Shown here: positions 1-8,386 of the stretch, one piece after another
Numbering within the stretch: the first letter of the stretch is position 1
How the letters are laid out: every line of letters begins with the position of its first letter
Sequence record: MH383160.1
DNA length: 64,000 nucleotides
Strand: one strand, 5' to 3'
Made by a program: the position numbers and the translations under genes
The notes under the pieces: model-generated
Databases searched by the model: none
The model's input: only the letters and a program-made list of their open reading frames with translations
Told to the model about the DNA's origin: nothing

Positions 1-214
1 GAAGAAGACCTAGATTACCTAAGCCAAAACGACCCTGAACTTCAGGAACATCTTCTTTAGTATATGCTCGCATTACAAGAGTTCGGTCATCTGTGTACGC
101 TTCTAGATATACACGTTGTCCTTCACCACGGTCTTCACTGCTTACTGCAATACAAGAGAAGTCAATACCACTGGTTGTGTTTACGAGGTCACGTAGTACG
201 TTGCGTAGATCCAT
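1..214 (-). CDS. Sliding clamp / DNA polymerase processivity factor (gp45-like), 5' part; runs off the left edge and is absent from the ORF track
   Basis: Manual translation from ATG at 214 (GGAG RBS at 224-227) gives MDLRNVLRDLVNTTSGIDFSCIAVSSEDRGEGQRVYLEAYTDDRTLVMRAYTKEDVPEVQGRFGLGNLGLL, open to position 1. The pattern resembles, from memory, gp45-like clamps of large T4-like phages. It lies just downstream of the polymerase and has its own promoter (279-307). Confidence 0.6.
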   Translation of the reverse strand, partial: MDLRNVLRDLVNTTSGIDFSCIAVSSEDRGEGQRVYLEAYTDDRTLVMRAYTKEDVPEVQGRFGLGNLGLL

Positions 215-278
215 TATATAATTCTCCGTTTTATTTGTTAATCAAAAAATGTTTTTATGTAAGATTACTACAAGCACC

Positions 279-307
279 ATTATATCTCAAAAATGATGCT
301 TGTCTCA
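279..307 (-). promoter_or_regulatory. Putative middle-class promoter TGAGACA-N16-TATAAT
   Basis: Plus strand shows ATTATA at 279-284 and TGTCTCA at 301-307, 16 bp apart, upstream of the clamp-like gene. Confidence 0.65.
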
Positions 308-315
308 ATTTTTTA

Positions 316-615
316 TCAGTATTTTGTATTCCAACGATGAAGATAAGGCTTATCAATTGTAGAACTCATGCCAATTTTATCTCGTAATTTTTTCAAGTCT
401 TTTAATGTATGTACATCATCGACAAAAACAACTTTACGCTTTTTCACAAGAGTGTAAACATCAGCAATCTCTCCGTCAACTTCCACTGAACCAGTGCGAG
501 TAAAACCCGCACCAATTAGAACTACTTCTTCATCATTATCATATGCTAGTACAGAATTAATGATACCATTACCTTCTAATACTTCACCAATACGCTTATA
601 TATATTACTCATCAT
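316..615 (-). CDS. Hypothetical protein (99 aa)
   Basis: ORF co-oriented and tightly packed with its neighbours; no recognisable motif. Confidence 0.7.
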   Translation of the reverse strand: MMSNIYKRIGEVLEGNGIINSVLAYDNDEEVVLIGAGFTRTGSVEVDGEIADVYTLVKKRKVVFVDDVHTLKDLKKLRDKIGMSSTIDKPYLHRWNTKY

Positions 616-754
616 TTTTACCTTGTAATGAAGTCCATTCTACATATTTTTCCCATGCCTCATTTACACTTTCTTCAGTAAGATTCAACATCTCATTAGT
701 GAAAGTATCGTTTACTTCGTCATAGTTTAGTTCAATTTCATTTACAATAACCAT
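605..754 (-). CDS. Small acidic hypothetical protein (49 aa), absent from the ORF track
   Basis: ATG at 754 with AGGAGT RBS at 761-766, overlapping the polymerase stop. Translation MVIVNEIELNYDEVNDTFTNEMLNLTEESVNEAWEKYVEWTSLQGKNDE; its stop overlaps the start of the next ORF. Confidence 0.7.
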   Translation of the reverse strand: MVIVNEIELNYDEVNDTFTNEMLNLTEESVNEAWEKYVEWTSLQGKNDE

Positions 755-765
755 ATTATTACTCC

Positions 766-3700
766 TTACCAAGTGAAGAATCCATTGTTTACTGACGCAG
801 TACTTTTTTCATGAATACCAATATCCATATCCAAAATACCAAAAATATTCTCTAATTTTTTAGTTAGAACAATCTCTTCCATTTTTTCAGTATCAAATGG
901 TAGTTCCAAGAACCATTCTGGAAGATACTCAACACAGTCAATTGGATAACCAACAGCTTTAATTCCCATAGGATTATCTTTTAAGTTACAGACAATTACT
1001 TTTGTTCCATCTGTTACTTCTGGAACAGATTTATCATCATAAACTTCACGTAGACGGTTCCATTGGATACCAGCAAGAACGTGACCAACTTTACACTTAC
1101 CAGTTAGCTGATATTCAGCCTCTAAATTAGTGTAGTTTTTTACAGTTTTTGGTGAACCTTTTTCATGTACAGGCATATCCTTAAATACGTCCTTAAACTC
1201 ACGTACACGCTGTTTTAGCTGTTGTTCACTCTCACCTACCAGTAATGCGATTAGAGTCTCTTCTAGGAAGTTCTGGATGTATTTTGGCGTGTCTGAGCGT
1301 TTAATTTCAAGACCCATCGCTTTGATTTCACCTGGTTTACCATCAATATCTTTACGGAACCCATCTTCCCAGTACTTCAGAATTGCATAACGTTTTTTCT
1401 TCAAGAATAGGCCACGTGAACCAACCATCTCAAGGTCTGCACCAACAATCTTACCTTTTTCAATACCAGTGTTGAACATCTCATGCATAAATGATGGGAA
1501 AGATTCACCAACTTCTTCACCAATTTTAATATACATATCAACAATCTCTTCTTTAGATAGATTATATGGAATACCTTGTTCTTTCAGATAATGAGTTACA
1601 CTAAAGTAAACTGAGTCAGTATCACCATAAATTACTGAACCACCTTGGTGGTTATATACACCAGTAGTAATTTCATTGATACGACTTGCCATATGTTTGG
1701 TCATAGAACGTCCAGTTAATGTTACGGATTGACCTAAACGTTTGTCAAAAAAACGAGAACCTTTGTTCAATAGTGCACCATATAGACTGTTTAGAAGAAT
1801 CTTACGAATCTGTTGGTTCTGTTTCCAGAAAGCACTACGTTGTTTGAAGTAATCTTTTTCTTCTTTAGGACAGAAAATACGACCATCTTTTAGTACTAAT
1901 CCGTTTTCTACAATCAACTTAGCAACTTCATCCCACTGTCCTTTACCAATTTCTTTACGAAGTAAGTATACAGGATCATTATCATGAATATTAGTTCTAA
2001 ACATTGTACCAGGGGTATAGTTTGATAGTAGTGGTTCAACTTTTTCATAGCCATTAAACTCCCAACCATCAGTATACATATGTTTGTAGTCAATGACCAT
2101 TTTTTGCTGTGCTTTACGTTCAGAATACCATTGAGTTAGAATGTCAGGAATTACACCAGACTTAGACTTATCAAAAAGTGTTCCGTTTGCACTAAGTACA
2201 ATAGTACTATCTTCTGCAAAAATAATATCATATAGCTCTTTGCCCGTTGCTTTAAAAGAACTCCCATCTTCTAAATCAACAATCAATGTTTCTTCTGACT
2301 TTTCATGAACCATTGTAAATTCAACAGCAGCAAATAAACCATGCCATGCCGCAGTCCAATCTGGTTCAAATGATTTAGATTTAGATTTGTTCTTCTGTTC
2401 TTGGATTTTAGCTGCAAGATACGCATCGGTGTAATCTTGACGTAATTGACCAAGAATACATTCAGTACTCATACCCAAAGTACGTAGAACAGTAGGGTAA
2501 AGAGAGTTAAAGTCAGTACACCCAAGGTCACTTACAAGTCCTAGTACTGGATCTTGTACCCATGCACCTGCTGCTTTTGCACTAATTTTCTCATCTTCTT
2601 CTTCACCATCTTCACCATAATATTCCATTTCTGGATCAAACTCAAGATCATCTTTCGGTGCTTTGTTGAAAACAACTTCACCACGAGTATGTGCTAAGTT
2701 GATAATAGCAGTGTCGATTAGTGCTACTGAACCCATTGTTGTACTGATAAGTACACATTCTTTGTGTGCAAGTCGATTGTGTAGGTTGATATAGTCACAT
2801 TTAGCATCAATCTTTTTAAGAAGAATACTATCCTGTTTAGAATAACGCAAGAAAGTAATGTAATCCTCTCTGTAAAGTTTATCCAATGAACCTTCATAGG
2901 ATACTTTATTTTCTTTAGTTACTTTTTCAGCAATATAATCTAGTTTATAAGATTGTTCAACTTGACCAGCATGTTTCTTATACAAAGCCAAATAATCAAG
3001 ATGGACGCGACCTACCAGATCATATGTTTGAACAGTTTTACCAAAGTTGTCTGCTTCACGTGAATTTGGTTTTTTATTCCATAAACACCAACGAGCAGTT
3101 GTTGCTTCATTGAAGATTTTTTTAGTTCGATTGATCATATATGGAATATCAAAGAATTCACTATTCCATCCTGAAATAACATCAGAATCATCAATTAAAC
3201 TAAAGAATTCCATAAACATTTCCTTTTCGTCTGTATATAAAATTACAGTACTGTTAGGATCGTTTGTTTCTTCATTTAGTTGGCGAACAATATCTTGTGC
3301 TTCATAAATTTCCATATCAGCAGGTGGTAAAGTAAGTACATAATCCTTTCCAGTCCATGATTGATATAGAGAAATAGCGGTTACTCGGTTAAACGGGTCT
3401 GATGGTGGAGCATAACCAAATTTCTTATGGAAATCAGTCTCGATATCGAAGAACACGATGTTCAAATCGGGTGAGCCTTTTCCCATATATTCTTTAGCTA
3501 ATGTTTTAAATGTAATGTTACAATCACTTTCAAAAATACGTAGACCTTCACTTTTGTGTTGCTCTACACTTTTATTCATTTGAGCTTGAGTTTGAAACTC
3601 AAAATGTTTAGCCATTGTACCATAAACAGTTTTATGTGTTCCTTGTGGGGATTCAACATAATATTCAAATACTGGATCTAATTCGCGTAGAATACGTTTA

Positions 3701-3771
3701 CCATTCTTACGTTCAACTACATGAAGAATATCACCAGTACGTTTACGTTCCATATAAGCATCGATATACAT
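766..3771 (-). CDS. Family B DNA polymerase (T4 gp43-like) with 3'-5' exonuclease
   Basis: ExoI FFDIETD, ExoII GWNSEFFDIPY, ExoIII YSKQD; motif A DFNSLYP, motif B KILLNSLYG, motif C YGDTDS. No intein signature seen. Confidence 0.97.
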   Translation of the reverse strand: MYIDAYMERKRTGDILHVVERKNGKRILRELDPVFEYYVESPQGTHKTVYGTMAKHFEFQTQAQMNKSVEQHKSEGLRIFESDCNITFKTLAKEYMGKGSPDLNIVFFDIETDFHKKFGYAPPSDPFNRVTAISLYQSWTGKDYVLTLPPADMEIYEAQDIVRQLNEETNDPNSTVILYTDEKEMFMEFFSLIDDSDVISGWNSEFFDIPYMINRTKKIFNEATTARWCLWNKKPNSREADNFGKTVQTYDLVGRVHLDYLALYKKHAGQVEQSYKLDYIAEKVTKENKVSYEGSLDKLYREDYITFLRYSKQDSILLKKIDAKCDYINLHNRLAHKECVLISTTMGSVALIDTAIINLAHTRGEVVFNKAPKDDLEFDPEMEYYGEDGEEEDEKISAKAAGAWVQDPVLGLVSDLGCTDFNSLYPTVLRTLGMSTECILGQLRQDYTDAYLAAKIQEQKNKSKSKSFEPDWTAAWHGLFAAVEFTMVHEKSEETLIVDLEDGSSFKATGKELYDIIFAEDSTIVLSANGTLFDKSKSGVIPDILTQWYSERKAQQKMVIDYKHMYTDGWEFNGYEKVEPLLSNYTPGTMFRTNIHDNDPVYLLRKEIGKGQWDEVAKLIVENGLVLKDGRIFCPKEEKDYFKQRSAFWKQNQQIRKILLNSLYGALLNKGSRFFDKRLGQSVTLTGRSMTKHMASRINEITTGVYNHQGGSVIYGDTDSVYFSVTHYLKEQGIPYNLSKEEIVDMYIKIGEEVGESFPSFMHEMFNTGIEKGKIVGADLEMVGSRGLFLKKKRYAILKYWEDGFRKDIDGKPGEIKAMGLEIKRSDTPKYIQNFLEETLIALLVGESEQQLKQRVREFKDVFKDMPVHEKGSPKTVKNYTNLEAEYQLTGKCKVGHVLAGIQWNRLREVYDDKSVPEVTDGTKVIVCNLKDNPMGIKAVGYPIDCVEYLPEWFLELPFDTEKMEEIVLTKKLENIFGILDMDIGIHEKSTASVNNGFFTW

Positions 3772-3800
3772 CGTTTGTATTCCCTTACGTTTATTAAGTT

Positions 3801-3828
3801 AAAAAGAAAGCCTCCGTCATTGGAGGCT
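3801..3828 (-). terminator. Rho-independent terminator between the dsbA-like gene and the polymerase
   Basis: Stem AGCCTCC/GGAGGCT (3809-3815, 3822-3828) followed on the minus strand by TTCTTTTT. Confidence 0.75.
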
Positions 3829-3850
3829 ATTTAATATATTTTAGTACTAA

Positions 3851-4153
3851 TTAGTAATCATCTGCTTGTGGAAGATTATTAGTAACACTAAGAATAGTTT
3901 CGATATTATCGAGTTTATTTTGTTTGTCAAAGTAATCACCTTTGTACATACGTTGTGCAGCTTGTTTGATATCAGATGCATCGATACCAAGTTCATCAGA
4001 AACACTAGAAACAAAATCAGATAAGGATGCTTTGGTATCATCAATGAAAGTTAGTTGTACAACAATGTTGTTAAGTGCGTCACCGAGACGTTTACGTTGT
4101 TCATCGTTTAGATCACGAATTTCAACTTTAACTTCTTTTTTAGATTTAGCCAT
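3851..4153 (-). CDS. Small dsDNA-binding protein, T4 DsbA-like
   Basis: The likely start is MAKSKK at 4153 (GGAG RBS at 4163-4166). ELGIDASDIKQAAQRMYKGD resembles T4 DsbA ELGVDGKMFNRLLALYHKD as recalled; size is similar. Confidence 0.6.
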   Translation of the reverse strand: MAKSKKEVKVEIRDLNDEQRKRLGDALNNIVVQLTFIDDTKASLSDFVSSVSDELGIDASDIKQAAQRMYKGDYFDKQNKLDNIETILSVTNNLPQADDY

Positions 4154-4178
4154 TTTGTATTTCTCCATGTGTGTTTTC

Positions 4179-4214
4179 AAAAAAATGTCACCTCACCACA
4201 ATCGGTGAGATGAC
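4179..4214 (-). terminator. Terminator of the tail fibre/chaperone unit, overlapping the start site of the downstream promoter
   Basis: Hairpin GTCA-C-CTCACC / GGTGAG-A-TGAC (4187-4214) followed on the minus strand by a T run. Confidence 0.65.
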
Positions 4215-4217
4215 TTA

Positions 4218-4246
4218 ATTGTATCACGTCTTTACGTGTTGTCTCA
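4218..4246 (-). promoter_or_regulatory. Putative middle-class promoter TGAGACA-N16-TACAAT (extended -10 TGA)
   Basis: Plus strand shows ATTGTA at 4218-4223 and TGTCTCA at 4240-4246; upstream of the dsbA-like gene and the polymerase. Confidence 0.65.
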
Positions 4247-4759
4247 TTTTTTTTCCGGTTTAACTGGAAATGAAAATGTTTTCTTAATCATGTCTGCTGG
4301 TTTGATTGAATTCAATTGCGTTACATAATCTTTCAATTTTACAAACAATACAGCTTCTTCATCAGTTGCTAACTCAAGATCCATAGCAGTTTTTAAGTGT
4401 CCAAGTTCTTGAATTGCAATGTATTTCAAATTAGATAATTCATTTTTTAGGCGTTCAATTTTTTCTTCTTTAGTTTCAATATAGTCATGAATAGTATTTC
4501 CATCGTAAACCATACCATAAAGTTTGTTAATATCACCATCATATTCAATTTCAGAAACACTAAAACCTAAAGGTACTAGATCATAAATGTTATATGATGC
4601 TGAAACAATTAAACCGTTAATATCATACATAAATTTTGCTTTATTAATGTCAAACAATTCACGAGATTCATACCAATCCATACCTTCATCGGACATCATA
4701 TACAAAGAATTAGGATTACCACCTTCTTTTTCATACATCTTAAAATTTGTTAGTTGCAT
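4244..4759 (-). CDS. Tail fibre assembly chaperone (Tfa-like)
   Basis: The likely start is MQLTNF at 4759 (AGGA RBS just after the fibre stop). Motifs SDEGMDWYE and LKTAMDLELATDEE are typical of Tfa-type chaperones; it directly follows a fibre gene. Confidence 0.75.
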   Translation of the reverse strand: MQLTNFKMYEKEGGNPNSLYMMSDEGMDWYESRELFDINKAKFMYDINGLIVSASYNIYDLVPLGFSVSEIEYDGDINKLYGMVYDGNTIHDYIETKEEKIERLKNELSNLKYIAIQELGHLKTAMDLELATDEEAVLFVKLKDYVTQLNSIKPADMIKKTFSFPVKPEKK

Positions 4760-4769
4760 TACACATTCC

Positions 4770-6380
4770 TTATTGTTGACGTACTGTTTCCCAGTTACCA
4801 TTTATTTGCATTTGAACATAGCGATAACTAATTCGTTCTAAGTGAGTGCCTGAACTACCATTAACAGAAATCCATACGCCATCCATAAATGCACCTTCTG
4901 GTGTATATGTCCATGAAGAATCAGGTATTTTACTTGTTTCAATACGTGCACTCAAACGAATACTTTGTACGTTATTAGTACTAATTTGCAAAGTAACGTT
5001 GCCACTAGCATCAGCAGCAGTACCGTTAATTGAACGAACAATATTTTTACCACCAACAGTAGCTGAGTTGTTAGAAACAGTTAATGATGGAGCAGCTAAA
5101 GTACCAGAAGAGTTTACAGTAACTTCTGCTCCACCGGAACGTAATCTCAATGTATTATTTGAAGAGTTATGATACACTGCCGCACGCTCACCACCGCTTG
5201 CGTTACGGAAATATAGAACTAATGATGTATCATTTGACTTAATTGACGCACTGTTTGCAATAGTCAATGAACCAGTCATTGTATCACCAGTTTTTAGTAC
5301 ATAACGAGTGTTTGCAACTTTTTCACTCAATGCGACGTTAGATTCAGCAATGTTATATAGGTATGCAACGTTAAAGTGTTCCACATCAATGTTGCTAATA
5401 CCATGATAGTGTGGTTGGTTTCCACCAAGTGTGTTAGTGTTTCCACTAAATGAGTGAATGTGGTCTGGTGCTTCGTTAATGTTATTGATTACAGTTGGTA
5501 TACCGTTATCATTACTTGAAGTTAACGCATTTAGACCACTACGGTCCATACCTTTTAGTGCTTGACTATGACCATGACGACCAGCAGCACCAGTGGTTCC
5601 ACTAAAACTAAATGAGTGTGATGGTAACTGGGCAACACTCAATACAGTTCCACTAATGTTACCACTACTACCAATAACACTATCAGTTTTAGTTACACCT
5701 GATGTTGTTATACCTTTTAAATACGCGTTTTGGTTAAGGTTTGGTACTTGTTTGGTAATTGTACCATTTTCCCCCTCCCATTGCCACCACATACCATCAG
5801 CAAAACACCAACCGTCAGACGTTTTCCACGGAGCACCTTGTGAACCGTTTCGTCCACTTTGTCCATTCGATTGCCCTGACATTTGTTCACGTATACTAGC
5901 AACAGATTGACCAGAAGTCAATGAATATTGTGTAATAGCACCAGGTTTAAGTGAAGTGTAAAGACCAGTTGGTCCAGAACCACCACTAGAAGCAGTAGGG
6001 AATACAATGTTTAAGTTTGTTCCACTAATACTTGCACTAGGAACAGTACTGCTACTGTATGTTACACTTTCTACTTTTAAATTTAATTTTCTGTTTACTT
6101 CATCTAATGAAATTCTAATTGGTTCCAAAATAGTATCAGTATCATATACTGCAATCCAACTTGTACCGTTATGATACTTCAAAACTAATTCGCTTCGATC
6201 AAAAACCATTGCACCTTGTTCACCAGTAGGTAACGTTTGTACTGGTATAATAACTGATGACGAATTAAAACGAATAGGTCTTGGGTTAGTTGGTGTACCA
6301 CCAAGCACTATTAGTTCTAAAGATCCATTAGCACCAGTACTGGTCATTGTATCCAATGGGTTATTAAAACTTATGCTCAT
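4770..6380 (-). CDS. Tail fibre protein (collar/HxH shaft, Tfa-dependent C-terminus)
   Basis: HSFSFSGTT, RHGH, HIHSFSG and PHYH HxH-type motifs; C-terminal VRSINGTAADASGNVTL...YRYVQMQINGNWETV typical of enterobacterial fibre tips; followed by a tfa-like gene. Confidence 0.8.
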   Translation of the reverse strand: MSISFNNPLDTMTSTGANGSLELIVLGGTPTNPRPIRFNSSSVIIPVQTLPTGEQGAMVFDRSELVLKYHNGTSWIAVYDTDTILEPIRISLDEVNRKLNLKVESVTYSSSTVPSASISGTNLNIVFPTASSGGSGPTGLYTSLKPGAITQYSLTSGQSVASIREQMSGQSNGQSGRNGSQGAPWKTSDGWCFADGMWWQWEGENGTITKQVPNLNQNAYLKGITTSGVTKTDSVIGSSGNISGTVLSVAQLPSHSFSFSGTTGAAGRHGHSQALKGMDRSGLNALTSSNDNGIPTVINNINEAPDHIHSFSGNTNTLGGNQPHYHGISNIDVEHFNVAYLYNIAESNVALSEKVANTRYVLKTGDTMTGSLTIANSASIKSNDTSLVLYFRNASGGERAAVYHNSSNNTLRLRSGGAEVTVNSSGTLAAPSLTVSNNSATVGGKNIVRSINGTAADASGNVTLQISTNNVQSIRLSARIETSKIPDSSWTYTPEGAFMDGVWISVNGSSGTHLERISYRYVQMQINGNWETVRQQ

Positions 6381-6420
6381 GTATAAATCCCTTTATGATT
6401 AATATATACTATATTTATTC

Positions 6421-6747
6421 CTATAGCAAGTCGTTATCCATATCATCCCACACAGAATCAATGATGTTTGCTGCTATCTTTTTAGACATTTTAAACCACT
6501 CCGTGTTTGGTTGTCTAGTTGCATTCATTTGTTTAAGCCTTTTATGTATCTCTTTTTCAGCTAAACGTGCGTCTTCAAAGTGAACTTCATGATAAACTTC
6601 AAAATCACGAAACGGGGTAGCTGTCTGATACGTTCTCAAACGCTCTGTCATTTCAGATTTAGAAGTGAAACCAATCTTAACATAGTCAGGCCATGCAGAG
6701 TTTATTATAACATAACATATCTGTGACATAGATTCAATCTCCATCAT
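6421..6747 (-). CDS. T5orf172-like (GIY-YIG superfamily) protein
   Basis: YVIINSAWPDYVKIGFT...RLRTYQT...AEKEIHKRL...EWF pattern. Confidence 0.75.
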   Translation of the reverse strand: MMEIESMSQICYVIINSAWPDYVKIGFTSKSEMTERLRTYQTATPFRDFEVYHEVHFEDARLAEKEIHKRLKQMNATRQPNTEWFKMSKKIAANIIDSVWDDMDNDLL

Positions 6748-6768
6748 TAATATGGAGATATTTATCTA

Positions 6769-7128
6769 TCAACTAATAGTGAACTTTAAACCAATATCAA
6801 TTAAACGTTGAAAAGGATTATGTGGCTGAAATTCCGATGGTTCTTGTGCTATGTTTAGTACAGGAGCATCAGAATGCAGCACCGACATACGTTCTCTATA
6901 ATGATCTATGTATTCTTCATACAACATATCTTCAGTATGTGTATTAAGTATATCTTCTATGAATGAATCTAAACTATAATCCAATCTATCATCATTATAA
7001 TACAATGTTTCAGTGGCTTCATCATATCCAACTAACGTACCATAAGGAACATTTATTTCTATATTTGAGTACTGACTCTTTAAGTACTCTTCTTTGTTAA
7101 ATTTGTATACAGTTAACATCCGTGTCAA
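6769..7128 (-). CDS. Hypothetical protein (119 aa)
   Basis: Packed, co-oriented ORF with an AGGAG RBS; no motif recognised. Confidence 0.7.
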   Translation of the reverse strand: MTRMLTVYKFNKEEYLKSQYSNIEINVPYGTLVGYDEATETLYYNDDRLDYSLDSFIEDILNTHTEDMLYEEYIDHYRERMSVLHSDAPVLNIAQEPSEFQPHNPFQRLIDIGLKFTIS

Positions 7129-7142
7129 CTCCTTTAGATTGT

Positions 7143-8240
7143 TTACTTAAAAGTATTTACAATTTCTAAAACACTTTCAAGATACTTAGCATCAAATGTT
7201 TCAGTAAATCCTGACGGTAACTCTTCAGTACTTACAACACCACTTTCAATGTATTTCTTTATGAACTTTTCCAACAGTAATGGTTGATTTCCATCTTCAA
7301 AGTAGCGTTCTACTAGTACTTCATGTTCGAACCCAGAATTACGACTTTGTTCGTTTACACGGCGTTTCATATCACCAGTGATTCCATATTTGTACACCGT
7401 CTTGTCATTGTTAGTTAGTTTTTGAACATAGAAATATCCAGGTTTTGATGGTTGATATCCATATTCACCACATGATGGACATCCTTTACCAGCCATATGT
7501 GCTTTTGGTTGTTGGGAGAAGACACCATGAGTCGGACATACAATATCAATATAATTCTCGCTTAAAGTATATTCAACCAAGCTATAATCATACTTATGGT
7601 TATGTATAGGCGACACAAGTTCAATGAAACGTTCAGTGCTTCTTCCACCTTTACCAGAACATGTACCGCAGCCAGTTTTACCGACGATTAAAGTTTTTGG
7701 ATCTACTGTCCAGTCATGATGTCCTTTTGTGCAATGAACCGTTACTTTAGTTTTCTGATTGACATAAACAGTATTTGTCAAATCCAATGCATCACCATAG
7801 TTTTCTTTTACTTTTGCAGTGAATGATTCAGTACTGTATGCTTCATTTTTATTACACACAGGACATCCCTTACCAGAAAGAAATTTGTTTGGTGTTATTT
7901 CAAAGTAATCGTTGTGCTCTTCATCAGTGCAAAAGAGTGTTACTTTTGTTATAGCGTTAGTGTAATTTAGTTTATCAAATTTGAATTTATCTTTACCAAA
8001 TTTAGTTTCTACCGTGCTGATGAATGTGTCGTTGTTTGAACGTTGCGACATGTTTGAATAACATGATGCACATGTACATGCAATGTGACGAAGTGCAGGT
8101 TTTGTGTTTTCTTTTCCACACTTGTTACATTTCACTGTTGTTTTACTTGCTTTGAATACTAAAGTACTGAAATCAAATTCACCATACTTAGCAGTCATTT
8201 TGCTGATAAACTCTTCTTTGTTGATACTTACGTTTGGCAT
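7143..8240 (-). CDS. Free-standing putative homing endonuclease: tandem zinc-ribbon repeats plus C-terminal GIY-YIG-like domain
   Basis: About four repeats of the form F...YDYSLVEY...IVCPTHGVFSQQPKAHMAGKGCPSC with CxxC pairs; C-terminal GYFYVQKL...YKYGITG...RRVNEQ...E; located immediately downstream of the major capsid gene. Confidence 0.7.
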   Translation of the reverse strand: MPNVSINKEEFISKMTAKYGEFDFSTLVFKASKTTVKCNKCGKENTKPALRHIACTCASCYSNMSQRSNNDTFISTVETKFGKDKFKFDKLNYTNAITKVTLFCTDEEHNDYFEITPNKFLSGKGCPVCNKNEAYSTESFTAKVKENYGDALDLTNTVYVNQKTKVTVHCTKGHHDWTVDPKTLIVGKTGCGTCSGKGGRSTERFIELVSPIHNHKYDYSLVEYTLSENYIDIVCPTHGVFSQQPKAHMAGKGCPSCGEYGYQPSKPGYFYVQKLTNNDKTVYKYGITGDMKRRVNEQSRNSGFEHEVLVERYFEDGNQPLLLEKFIKKYIESGVVSTEELPSGFTETFDAKYLESVLEIVNTFK

Positions 8241-8272
8241 AATTTTGTCTCTTTATTTTCGTGTATGTGCGT

Positions 8273-8301
8273 ATTATATACATTCCAGAACATTGTGTCA
8301 A
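8273..8301 (-). promoter_or_regulatory. Perfect sigma70 consensus promoter TTGACA-N17-TATAAT
   Basis: Plus strand shows ATTATA at 8273-8278 and TGTCAA at 8296-8301, 17 bp apart; points into the nuclease island. Confidence 0.85.
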
Positions 8302-8313
8302 GGGTTTTTTAAT

Positions 8314-8341
8314 AAAAAGAAAAGGGACTCCGAAGAGTCCC
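8314..8341 (-). terminator. Major capsid gene terminator with UUCG tetraloop
   Basis: Minus strand reads GGGACTC-TTCG-GAGTCCC-TTTTCTTTTT. Confidence 0.9.
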
Positions 8342-8386
8342 TATTGTTTTTATTTTTTTTGATTAAATCTTTTAAATCTATTACAA

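Noticed and set aside
64-387. 107-aa plus-strand ORF, and a plus-strand frame ending with TAG at 60
   Set aside because: Both are antisense to the better-supported clamp-like gene, its promoter and the 99-aa ORF; no RBS or motif.
1800-2150. Possible intein or insertion between polymerase motifs A and B
   Set aside because: No intein splice-junction or LAGLIDADG motifs; the length is compatible with the long fingers domain of T4/RB69-type polymerases.
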